In this document: in pieces, positions 1 through 9,701 of the stretch
Layout of the letters: the number at the start of each line of letters is the position of its first letter
How positions within the stretch are numbered: position 1 is the stretch's first letter
NCBI RefSeq assembly: GCF_006345805.1
Contig: NW_021827152.1
Span: 1-11,829, forward strand
From: Octopus sinensis
Lineage: Eukaryota
Reading direction: 5' to 3'
DNA length: 11,829 bases
Program-made: the position numbers and the translations under genes
The notes under the pieces: model-generated
Database searches by the model: none
What the model was told of the DNA's origin: nothing
What the model saw: the letters and a program-made list of their open reading frames with translations, nothing else

Positions 1-10
1 ATATTCAGGT

Positions 11-115
11 ATATATATATATATATGTGTGTATGTATGTATGTGTATGTATGTATGTATGTATGTACTGGATGTATGTATGTATGTAGTATGTATGGTA
101 TGTATATGTATATAT
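11..115. repeat. Compound (TA)n/(TATG)n microsatellite
   Basis: Directly visible tandem units with occasional single-base interruptions. Confidence 0.95.
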
Positions 116-640
116 AACTTTGGGATATTCTAACTTTACGCATTTCTCTAATTTGTAAATATTGTTCATACAAAACATGAAATTGATAGAAATTTGGTTT
201 TATTATTTTTTTTTAAATGCTGTTCGTGATGACCGCACCCTATCCTTTTTTTATTATTTTCCCCATCCTAAAAGAGGTCACCATTCTTGAACTCAGGTCT
301 CCTGCCAGTTGCTATACAATGGTAAAATACTAAATAAATGGTAAAAAAAACATTCCAAATTGAAAAGAAATCCCCCTCTCTACCTATCTACCTCCATTGT
401 CCTGGAACCTCACCCCCAAAAAACAAAAAAAAAACAATGTTCTCTTCTAAATAAAACAAAACAAAAATACTTGATTTATATAAATGAGTAAACAGTTTGC
501 CCATTCACAATTTTACTTGACAAGTTCAGAGACGAATGAAAGCGCTAATAGTAATGACAAAAGAAAAAAAATTATTTTCCCAAAATTCTGGCGACCTCCT
601 CTTTTCTCAATATTTAATATCTGTACACCACTTCTAACAC

Positions 641-655
641 TATACATACACATGT

Positions 656-686
<31 letters not shown>

Positions 687-690
687 AAAT
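641..690. repeat. (CA)n/(TA)n microsatellite
   Basis: Visible tandem dinucleotide units. Confidence 0.9.
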
Positions 691-1166
691 ATACTTTAAT
701 TGAAATACAGTTTCCCCCCAAATTAAACATCTATAGCTTCTGTTTTATCTATAATAATGAATGCCAAGGACGATGGTGATAGTAAGCGATGTGAAAGACA
801 GTGGTGATGGTGGTGGAAGAGAAGGCGGCGAAGTCAAAGGCATTGATGATTGTGGCGATGGTGGTGGTACTGGTGATGGTGATGGTTGAAAGCAATCAAC
901 AGAAAGAGAGAGAGAGAAAGACAAAGATTAGATAGAAAAAAAAACTGTACTGACCCCCGAATGGAAAGACAAAAAATGTTGTTTATCATGAACCTTTGCA
1001 ATAAGTTCCAAGTCAACAAATTATATCATTGTTTTGATGAAAATTGTTCATGGCTTGGAAAATATTGGTCAAGTTTAATAAAATATAATATGTACTCAAT
1101 GCATGAAGTGTCATTGTTGGGCCAAAGACCCAATGAAGAGCCCTCCATAGGGCGGCTTTTAAACTA

Positions 1167-1168
<2 letters not shown>

Positions 1169-1219
<51 letters not shown>

Positions 1220-1272
1220 TGTGGTGTATAAAATTAACACTCACATACACAAACACACATACACACTCACAC
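1169..1272. repeat. (GT)n followed by (CA)n microsatellite
   Basis: Visible tandem dinucleotides. Confidence 0.9.
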
Positions 1273-1886
1273 AATGACAAATTGACAGACGCGTTAGACC
1301 ATCAGGTAGAACAGTCGGTGGCCTTTGTTCCGACTCTATCCCCTTTGCCATTTATCCTTTCAGAACCGAAAAGAAAGAAAGAAAAAAATCAATGGAGAGT
1401 GCATTGATGGATTGGCACCACTGAATGAAAGTCGGACTGGATAGTAATGTTTATGTGTGTTGATGACACGATGATAACTGATCGCACGACAAACCTTGTC
1501 TTTCGATTGTGAGGCAATATGTCTGAGTATTTAACAAATCCGGATTTGTATGAAGTATTATATTGGTCATAAGAGTCAAGAGCTTTGTACAAAATTAACG
1601 AATACTCATCCCTGATGTAGTTCCATAAGCAGCAGTACTTGAGCCAGGGGAGTAATTTATGTGAATAAAAGGATGGGTAATAATAAAGACGGATCTTTTT
1701 GTTCCAGTTAACCAAATCCATTAATGAATGTTTTAACGTCACTTCCATTGAGGTGTGGACGTCGTCTGCTCTTGGCAAAGTGAGGGAGATTCAAATTGGG
1801 ATACGTCGCCTATGTCTTTATATCTTATGTAACCAGGAGAGGTTCGAGTTGTTTACGCATGAATATAAACTGCTCAATGGGAATAG

Positions 1887-2125
1887 CTTTTCTCTTTTCT
1901 CTTCAACTTGTTTCACACATTGGACTGCAGCCATACTTGGACAAGCCACGACTTGTGGAATTTTTAGCCGAAGGAATCAACCCCAGGAGTCTTTTTATTA
2001 AATCCTGGTACTCATTCTATTTCCATTTGTCTCTTTTGCCGATCCGCTAAGTTACGAGGACGTAAACACACCAACACCGATTGTCAAACGATGATGGTGG
2101 ATAATCACAGGGGCAAAGACATACA
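1887..2125 (-). mobile_element. Diverged SINE-type retroposon, family A (octopus-type)
   Basis: Aligns by eye with the better-preserved copy at 7361-7570 (acttgtttca...gactgc.gccat; gccga.ccgctaagttacg.gga.gtaaaca.acca.ca.cg.ttgtcaa.cgatgatgg). Orientation inferred from the short tandem tail gaaacaagtaaaagaataaaag on the minus strand. Confidence 0.8.
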
Positions 2126-2187
2126 CATATATGTGTGTAGGGAGAGAGAGAGGGAGTGTGTGTGTGTGAGAGAGAGAGAGTGTGTGT

Positions 2188-2246
<59 letters not shown>

Positions 2247-2341
2247 TGTGTGTGTTGGTGTGTGTTGTGTGTGCGTGCGTGCTTTCATGCTTGTTTTGTT
2301 TTTTACGTCTCCGCAACTATATATATATACACATACATATA

Positions 2342-2391
<50 letters not shown>

Positions 2392-2570
2392 TATATATAT
2401 ATAGACATATATGTATGTATGTATTATGTATGTATATTATTATATACATATATTTGTTCATATATTTGTATATCATATATATATACATACATACATACAT
2501 ACATACATACATACATACATACATACATACATACATACATACATACATACATACACACATATATACACTC
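2126..2570. repeat. Large compound microsatellite (GA)n/(GT)n/(TA)n/(TACA)n
   Basis: Visible tandem units; source of many spurious ORFs. Confidence 0.95.
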
Positions 2571-3487
2571 GCAATTATCGCATTTATTGTCCCCATTTCA
2601 ATAACTAATTGCATAAATCTCGCTTGTGTACTTGTTTTATTTTATTTTTTATCAATAAGATCATTGAAAAACATTTCCCTCGTTTTATACGATTTCGATT
2701 AGCATGGTGAGTCGCATAACCAATTCATCTTTTAAACTGAGAGACATCTGTACTTACCTACCTACATCCATCCATCCACACACACTTGGTCTTGCAAGTA
2801 AATCCCTAAATGACAATGTAGATAAGCTAGGGTTTTCAGAAAAGGAAATCAACCATTTGTAAGTGGAACAGTAAAAATATGCAAGACTTTTCTAAAGTTT
2901 TGTATTGTATAATTGTTGTTTGTTATCTCCATTCCAACGATGGAAGTTTGTATCTTTTTACGAAACCAGCTCCTTCCTCAGAGGAAGAATTTAAATACGC
3001 AAAAATTGAAGAGAACATATATACACGGAACAAAAGTCGTGCATTTCTGTGGAGGTCAGCTGCATTCCGGTTGTGAATGTCCTACCAAGAGAGCTGAGGA
3101 AAAGGAGAACAGGAGAACAGAATCTTTGGCGAACTGCTACGGAAATCGAAAGTCTCGTGACCGACACTGAGACATTTCATTTATACCTATTGTCATATTC
3201 TCACGGAATTGAGTAAAAATCGATAAATGCCTCGAAATTCAGGGTTTCCCAGAAAGAACAAAGAAAACTCACTTCCTCCGAAGCTCTTCGATTGGTGACA
3301 CAATGAAGATATGTAAAACAGTGAAAGAATTCTGCATTTAGGTTCCATGGAATCCGCGTGTCTGTATGGGGCGCACGCGCACACACAGAGGAGTGATGAA
3401 ACAGATCCACTTAATGTACAAATGAGATATGTACACGCATTACACGAGAAATACATCCACATATGCACCGGTGTATAAATACCCACG

Positions 3488-3705
3488 GGTGGCGAGCTGG
3501 GTAGCGCGCTGGCAGAATCGTGAACACGTCGGACAAATTGTTTAGCAGTATTTCTTCTTGCTCTTTACGTGCTGAGTTCAAATCCCACCGCGATAAACTC
3601 TCTCTCTCTCTTTCGTCCATTCGAGATCGATAGAATAAAGTAGCAATCAAGTATTGAGATCGATAGAATCGACTTGTTCCCACGCCTCAACATCGATGGT
3701 CTTGA
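3488..3705 (+). mobile_element. tRNA-derived SINE, family C (resembles octopus OR/OK-type SINEs)
   Basis: Head ggtggcgagctgg...gctggcagaatcg and Pol III B-box-like gagttcaaatccc at 3574-3586, then a central gatcgatagaataa...gatcgat...atcgact domain. Homologous in reverse to 6084-6275 and 4161-4252. Family name recalled, not searched. Confidence 0.75.
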
Positions 3706-4160
3706 ACACTGCAAATGACCACTGTCTCGTTCGATCCCGTTCAAAGGATCTTGAGATCTCGGATAAATGGGTATTATGAGTTCGAGATTTTTAAAAAGAA
3801 TTAATAAAATAAATCCCAACAATATTCACCTCATTTTATTCGCAAACCTCGGGAATTGAAACGACGTAAACAAAAGAGCTTTGTTTAACCAAGTGGAAGC
3901 GTTCCGCCCATGACCATCTTTACGACCGCCGAAACTCGTGGGAGGAAGTTATTTAACCTGAAACCGGCAACTGAACACTTGCAATAGAGCAAATCCGCTC
4001 AATGCACCCAGGGTACCAAGGCTGTTGTGTAAAATCGTGTGGAAGGCGAAACCTATCATTGATACAATGATATAGGCCATACTGAGAATTGAACCCGGAA
4101 CGGAAAATAAAGATACGGAACATATACTACAAGGTTTCCTGTCCAATCTACGGTCCAGGA

Positions 4161-4252
4161 GTGGTAACATTTTTTTTCATGGACCCCGAAAGGATGAAAG
4201 TATGACTGCCGCAGAATTTGAAACCAAGACGCTGACATTCGGACCAAATACT
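4161..4252 (-). mobile_element. Partial family C SINE
   Basis: gaccccgaaaggatgaaag...gcagaatttgaaac matches 6161-6209 (gaccccgaag...tgaaag...ggaatttgaattc); includes a degenerate reverse B-box. Confidence 0.65.
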
Positions 4253-4334
4253 GGGATTCTCAACACGTCAAAATTTCGACGATTTTGTATATTACTACAA
4301 AGAGGAACTTTATTTAAGCCCAAAAAAAAAATAT

Positions 4335-4369
4335 ACATACATGCATATATATATAATATATATTATTAT

Positions 4370-4405
<36 letters not shown>

Positions 4406-4468
4406 ACACATACAGAGATATATACACGCATACATATTACATATAAATACATCCATATATATACATAG
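4335..4468. repeat. (TA)n-rich microsatellite
   Basis: Visible tandem units. Confidence 0.9.
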
Positions 4469-4805
4469 ATGGGTAAGGCAATCTAGAAGATCTGTAAAAA
4501 AAAACTATGCAAGTCTTTTTTGATGTTCCACCTGTAATTCCTCTCCGCATTTCTTATCCAAATTCCATCAATGGAACCAAGGTTCTTTGTTAGGAACCAT
4601 ACCGTTCTTTCAAGAAAGAATTCAAGAAATGAAAACAAACATAGAAATACAACATGCATGTATCATCAACATTATTTCATCAACATCATCATCATCATCA
4701 TCATTCTTATTTTTATTATTTTTATTATTAGATAAAAATCGGCATTTACAGTGTGAGCATCATGTAAGAAGCATTATAATCATTCCGTAAAGGCCGATTT
4801 TTATC

Positions 4806-4869
<64 letters not shown>
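4806..4869. repeat. (TAA)n microsatellite
   Basis: About 20 uninterrupted TAA units. Confidence 0.95.
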
Positions 4870-4870
<1 letters not shown>

Positions 4871-4876
4871 GATATA

Positions 4877-4947
4877 CTGGGCTTCGTATATTTTACCCCA
4901 GTGTTACTTTGATGGTATGCACTGTTCCCTCACTCAATAATAATAAT
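4877..4947 (+). mobile_element. Probable 5'-truncated non-LTR retroposon 3' end with (AAT)n tail
   Basis: ctgggcttcgtatattttaccccagtgttactttgatggtatgcactgttccctcactc followed by (aat)n, embedded between simple repeats. Resembles a recurrent octopus repeat end from memory; only one copy in the window. Confidence 0.4.
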
Positions 4948-5030
4948 GATGATGATGATGATGACGATGATGATGATGATGAGAGGATAATAATAAAAAG
5001 GAGGAGGAGAGGAGAGGGGGAGGAGGGTTT
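4947..5030. repeat. (GAT)n and (GGA)n low-complexity tract
   Basis: Visible tandem trinucleotides. Confidence 0.85.
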
Positions 5031-5439
5031 TAAATACTTGAAAGATCATTGGAAGATTACAGGTAGTAACCCGCTACCCACATAATTCCTGCCAAGAATA
5101 AGAACGTACCTAATACAAATCAATAATAATAATAATGGTAATAATAATAATGATCTCTCTCCAAAGGTTGTGTATTGAGTACTTTCTCTTTGTGTTCTTT
5201 TAGCTACTTCCTTTAACGCAAACGGATTTTATCACGTGTATCTGTGTGTATCTGTGTGTGTGTACATGTTATATGGGAATTGTTTTCTATAAGCTGAAAA
5301 TATTGAAAGGCACTTGCTCCAAAAATTACTTCCATCGGGTCTGTGTCGAATCTATTTTTTAAAAGATTTTTTCTTACATAATTAGATTTCCAAGTATTGT
5401 GAGTGTATCTAGAAATTTTGCTAAAAACCTTTTAAATAT

Positions 5440-5636
5440 ACATTTATATATACATATGTGTATGCGCGCGTGGATATAAATATACAAATATGCATACAAA
5501 CACAATACACGCACACACACAACACTCGCACACATACATACACACACATATTTACATACAAACACATACATACATACATGCATGCATACATACATACATA
5601 CATACATACATACATACATACATACATACATACATA
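5440..5636. repeat. (CA)n/(TACA)n compound microsatellite
   Basis: Visible tandem units. Confidence 0.9.
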
Positions 5637-6083
5637 GGGGATATGAGCGATTAGAATGCGTGTATTAGATAGCACAATTTGATAGGGAGATCTAACGTAG
5701 TGTTTTCCTTGTAGGGTGTAATAAAAACAAAAACAAAACGGACACACAGACACAGAAATATCTATCAAAGCAAGGAGATTAACTACGAGTTCAAATGTAT
5801 GAAAAGGCAGGAAATAAAAAAAAAAAAGAAATATGAGGAAATCATTAGAAGAGTTCAATGAATTCAAAATTTAAATCAATAATTTTAAATGGGAGAAATG
5901 ATAATTTAAAATCTGAATGCTAACACCTTATGAATAATGAATAACATGAGTGGTGGAATACCATGTTGAAGGAGAAATCGTTATAAAAACCTTATTTAAA
6001 TCTTTTATTTTCAGCCGTAAGTCTCATAAGCATAGAGAGATCACAGTTTGCCCCAGAACGAGACGCCAGCACTTTGTGGGGTT

Positions 6084-6275
6084 CAAGGCTAGTAATTTTT
6101 GAAGGGAAGAGGTAAGTCGATGACATCGACCGCAGTACTTTACTGGTATTTTATTTTATCGACCCCGAAGCAGTTGAAAGCTAAGTTAACCCCAGTGGAA
6201 TTTGAATTCAGAGCATAAAGGGCCGAAAGAAATGCTGTTAAGCACTTTGTCCGTCTTTCTAATGATTCCGCCAGT
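6084..6275 (-). mobile_element. tRNA-derived SINE, family C
   Basis: The reverse complement gives head ctggcggaatcatt, B-box-like gaattcaaattcc (+6197-6209) and central ggggtcgataaaataa...gtcgatgtcatcgact, collinear with the + copy at 3488-3705. Confidence 0.8.
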
Positions 6276-6411
6276 TTATAAAAACGTTATAAAAGATCTT
6301 CTCAGGATCAAAGTTGATGCTCGAAGCAAGTTAGAATAAGGACTTAGCCAACATCTCCAAAGTGATAATCATCATCCTTTCTTCTACAGACACAAGGCCT
6401 GCACCAAAGGG

Positions 6412-6447
<36 letters not shown>

Positions 6448-6470
6448 AGTAGTAGTAGTAGTAGAGTAAG
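6412..6470. repeat. (GTA)n microsatellite
   Basis: Visible tandem units. Confidence 0.95.
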
Positions 6471-6534
6471 TAGCAAAACATAAGGCACACAGAGCATTCT
6501 TTCAAGAGTGACAGGCACTAGCATAATGGCTTGT

Positions 6535-6738
6535 ACATTATGTACGTTATTTACATTTGACGGATATTTGTCCTCATCCTGTTTGCTGTTAACGCAACGT
6601 TTCGGCTGATATACCCTCCAGCCTTCATCAGGTGGTATATCAGCCGAAATGTTGTGTTAACAACAAGTAACATGAGGACAAATATCCGTCAAATGTAAAT
6701 AATGTACATAATTCTTCATCTCTTAAATATAGAACTGT
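6535..6738. mobile_element. Penelope-like retroelement (PLE) terminal-repeat remnant in inverted configuration, with 12-bp TSD
   Basis: Identical direct repeat ataatggcttgt at 6523-6534 and 6739-6750. Inverted arms 6537-6615 and 6634-6712 (79 bp, 71/79 matches by my ungapped count). Contains a CTGATGAAG-stem-CGAAACGT motif typical of PLE hammerheads. Confidence 0.75.
6591..6636 (-). ncRNA. Minimal type I hammerhead ribozyme motif (PLE-type), probably degenerate
   Basis: Minus strand reads accac CUGAUGA a GGCUG gaggguauau CAGCC GAAAC GUU gcguu. It has both core boxes (+6625-6631 and +6599-6603), a 5-bp stem II, a loop-less palindromic stem III (AC/GU) and a GUU cleavage triplet. Stem I is only partly paired in this copy. 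Confidence 0.7.
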
Positions 6739-6803
6739 ATAATGGCTTGTTCCTGAAAAAGACTGAAGCACTTTTAAAGGATATTTAGAAATTGGAGAAT
6801 TAC

Positions 6804-6848
6804 TCTCTCTCCTCTCTCTCTCTCTCTCTCTTCACTCACCCACACACA
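6804..6848. repeat. (CT)n/(CA)n microsatellite
   Basis: Visible tandem units. Confidence 0.85.
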
Positions 6849-7360
6849 TCTGAGCAATCCTAGAAAGAAACGAAATTAGATATAGCACAATCAACAGAGT
6901 AATAAAACAGATACAATAGACACAATAGAGAGTAATGGCCAAATACATTATCTGTTCAGTGGAAGAGGCTTCGAAATCAAGAATTTTGAAGAAAGCCTAC
7001 AGCATTTCAATAGTTCATATTTCCGATTTAATGCCTGTGCGTTCTGCAACGGGATAAAGCCATTCTCACCAAAACATAATGACATATGTTTGTATGGGTT
7101 TGCTTTTTCCAATGGATCTTGAAAAGGGCTGAATTACCTTCTTTCAACTACTATACATATTTGGATAGAGGACCTGCACTCAGATTACATAAAAGATTTT
7201 CTGTGCTGGTAAAACTGTATTTTGAAACTGTTTTCTGTTGCTACGATGTAAATTTTGTATATGAGCTCTTATCGACTCATAGTTTAGTTCTATACACAAC
7301 TCCTTTGAGCATGCAAGCGTCTATAGAATTACTTTTAGGGTTATTTTCATTTCTATAGGC

Positions 7361-7570
7361 TTATTCTTTTATTCTTTTACTTGTTTCAGTCATTTGACTG
7401 CGGCCATGCTGGAGCACCGCCTTTTAGTCGAACAAATCGACCCAAGGACTTATTCTTTGTAAGCCTAGTACTTATTCTATCGGTCTCTTGTGCCGAACCG
7501 CTAAGTTACGGGGATGTAAACATACCAGCATCGGTTGTCAAGCGATGATGGGGGACAAACAGAGACACAT
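7361..7570 (-). mobile_element. SINE-type retroposon, family A, well-preserved copy
   Basis: Homologous to 1887-2125 and 10427-10483; tandem tail (ttattcttt)x2 at the left end. Resembles a very abundant octopus SINE from memory. Confidence 0.85.
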
Positions 7571-7629
7571 AAACACACACACACACATATATATATGTGT
7601 GTGTGTGTGTGTATATATATGTGTATATG

Positions 7630-7664
<35 letters not shown>

Positions 7665-7673
7665 ATATATACA

Positions 7674-7839
7674 TATACGAAGGGCTTCTTTCAATTTCCA
7701 TCTACCAAATCCACTCACAAGGTTTTGGCCGGCCCAAGGCTATAGTAGAAGACACTTGCCCAAGGTGCACGCAGTAGGACTGAACCTGGAACAATGTGGC
7801 TGGTAAGCAAGCTACTTACCACACGGCTACTCCTGTGCT
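7674..7839 (+). mobile_element. SINE-type retroposon, family B (agacacttgcccaaggtgc...ggactgaacc tail)
   Basis: Recurs at 8633-8795 and, diverged, at 8210-8290 and 9164-9241. Resembles an abundant octopus SINE/LINE-derived 3' tail from memory. Confidence 0.75.
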
Positions 7840-8209
7840 TTCAGTAAGTTTTCTCACATTATGTTGGTTAACTAAAGAGGTGAAATTCTCACAAGAGCAG
7901 CCAAACTTTCAGGGTATTTCTATTGAGTATTCATATATACCGCACCTAGAAAAATACCCCGACACCAAATTCAAGTATTCCCTAGTTACATTAGTTTTGA
8001 CGTTCATGGTGGGGCTTTGGCTTGAATCCCAAGTGTCTTTTGGTCCATGTGAGATCTTCCGGGTTTATTTTAATTTTGCACGTAAATCCCAGCAAAATTC
8101 CTCGTTAATCCAAAGACAGAAAAACCATGGTTAATTTATTATATTGAATTATTCGTTATTTTCAAAAATAATTGATTCATGCGCGGTGCCTTTTATCGGC
8201 TTGGTTAGA

Positions 8210-8290
8210 GTGCCACGCAGAGGAACTGATCTGGAAATCACGGGACTGCAAAACGAACTTCTTATTCACGCAACCACATTTGCGCCTATA
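8210..8290 (+). mobile_element. Diverged family B tail fragment
   Basis: gtgccacgcagaggaactga...cttcttattcacgcaaccaca...gcgcct parallels 7763-7839; ends at a (CA)n tract. Confidence 0.6.
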
Positions 8291-8350
<60 letters not shown>

Positions 8351-8354
8351 ATTT

Positions 8355-8393
<39 letters not shown>

Positions 8394-8452
8394 TATGTGA
8401 CGTAGATTTATTCACATATTGATACATTTAACGTACATGCATACATACATAC

Positions 8453-8485
<33 letters not shown>

Positions 8486-8632
8486 CATACATACATACAT
8501 ACATACATACATGTAGGTATGTATGTGTGTACACGCGCAACACACACATATATATATGTGTGTGTGTGTGTATATATATGTTGTATATGTATATACTATA
8601 TTGTGTGTGTGTGGTGTGTGTATATATATACA

Positions 8633-8795
8633 TATACGAAGGGCTTCTTTCAATTTCCATCTACCAAATCCACTCACAAGGTTTTGGTCGGCCCAAGGCT
8701 ATAGTAGAAGACACTTGCCAAGGTGCACGCAGTAGGACTGAACCTGGAACAATGTGGCTGGTAAGCAAGCTACTTACCACATGCTACTCCTTGCT
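8633..8795 (+). mobile_element. Family B SINE, duplicated copy
   Basis: Near-identical to 7674-7839. Confidence 0.75.
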
Positions 8796-9163
8796 TTCAG
8801 TAAGTTTTCTCACATTATGTTGGTTAACTAAAGAGGTGAAATTCTCACAAGAGCACCCAAACTTTCAGGGTATTTCTATTGAGTATTCATATATACCGGC
8901 ACCTAGAAAAATACCCCGGACACCAAATTCAAGTATTCCCTAGTTATTAGTTTTGACGTTCATGGTGGGGCTTTGGCTTGAATCCCAAGTGTCTTTTGGT
9001 CCATGTGAGATCTTCCGGGTTTATTTTAATTTTGCACGTAAATCCTAGCAAAATTCCTCGTTAATCCAAAGACAGAAAAACCATGGTTAATTTATTATAT
9101 TGAATTATTCGTTATTTTCAAAAATAATTGATTCCGCGCGGTGCCTTTTATCGGCTTGTTAGA

Positions 9164-9241
9164 GTGCCACGCAGAGGAACTGATCTGGAAATCACGGGAC
9201 TGCAAAACGAACTTCTTATTCACGCAACCACATTTGCGCCA
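9164..9241 (+). mobile_element. Diverged family B tail fragment, duplicated copy
   Basis: Near-identical to 8210-8290. Confidence 0.6.
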
Positions 9242-9494
9242 AAACACGCACACACACACACACACACACACAACACACACACACACAGTACACACACACA
9301 CAATATTTTAGATAGATAGATAGATAGATAGATAGTAGATAGATAGATATGTTGACGTAGATTTTTCACATATGTGATACATTTACTACTGCATACATAC
9401 ATACATACATACATACATACATACATACATACATACATACATACATACATACATACATCATGTAGGTATGTATGTGTGTACACGCGCGCACACA

Positions 9495-9510
9495 CATATA
9501 TAAATATATA

Positions 9511-9568
<58 letters not shown>
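9495..9568. repeat. (TA)n microsatellite
   Basis: Visible tandem units. Confidence 0.95.
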
Positions 9569-9654
9569 TTCACAAGAGTAAAATCGACAGGCAGCGTGTG
9601 TATGATTGCAACAAAATTTGTTTTTTGGAAAACCCACTAGCAAGGTAGTAGTAG

Positions 9655-9658
9655 TAGT

Positions 9659-9701
<43 letters not shown>
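9655..9701. repeat. (GTA)n microsatellite
   Basis: Visible tandem units. Confidence 0.95.

Larger units (their letters stand above)
7575..9500 (+). repeat. Tandem segmental duplication, two copies of a ~955-bp unit (~7575-8539 and ~8540-9500)
   Basis: Anchor offsets: acatatacgaagggc 7671/8630, cgtagattt 8401/9356, tgtaggtatgtatgtgtgtacacgcgc 8512/9461. The unique interior (7840-8200 vs 8796-9160) is near-identical. Confidence 0.95.

Noticed and set aside
1389-1778. 129-aa minus-strand ORF in unique sequence
   Set aside because: Starts at TTG, has no recognisable domain or motif and no clear splice context; this length is compatible with chance.
2047-2702. Cluster of ORFs up to 203 aa (also those at 1013-1407, 5374-5867, 7488-7806, 8408-8943, 9095-9643)
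   Set aside because: Translations are CV/YI/HT/MYVC repeats produced by microsatellites lacking stop codons; not genes.
3094-3122. Strong minus-strand acceptor-like tract ttctgttctcctgttctccttttcctcag
   Set aside because: All three downstream frames close within about 35 codons, with no recognisable peptide or good donor.
4048-4090. GAAAC followed by a hairpin (tatcattg/caatgata), superficially hammerhead-like
   Set aside because: No CUGANGA box at the correct spacing and no UH cleavage triplet.
6886-7358. Open frames in unique sequence (GQIHYLFSGRGF...; MFVWVCFF...)
   Set aside because: No ATG for the first, no recognisable homology, and no convincing splice sites.
7796-8134. 112-aa ORF inside the duplicated unit
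   Set aside because: Starts inside a SINE, is frameshifted in the second copy, and has no recognisable domain.
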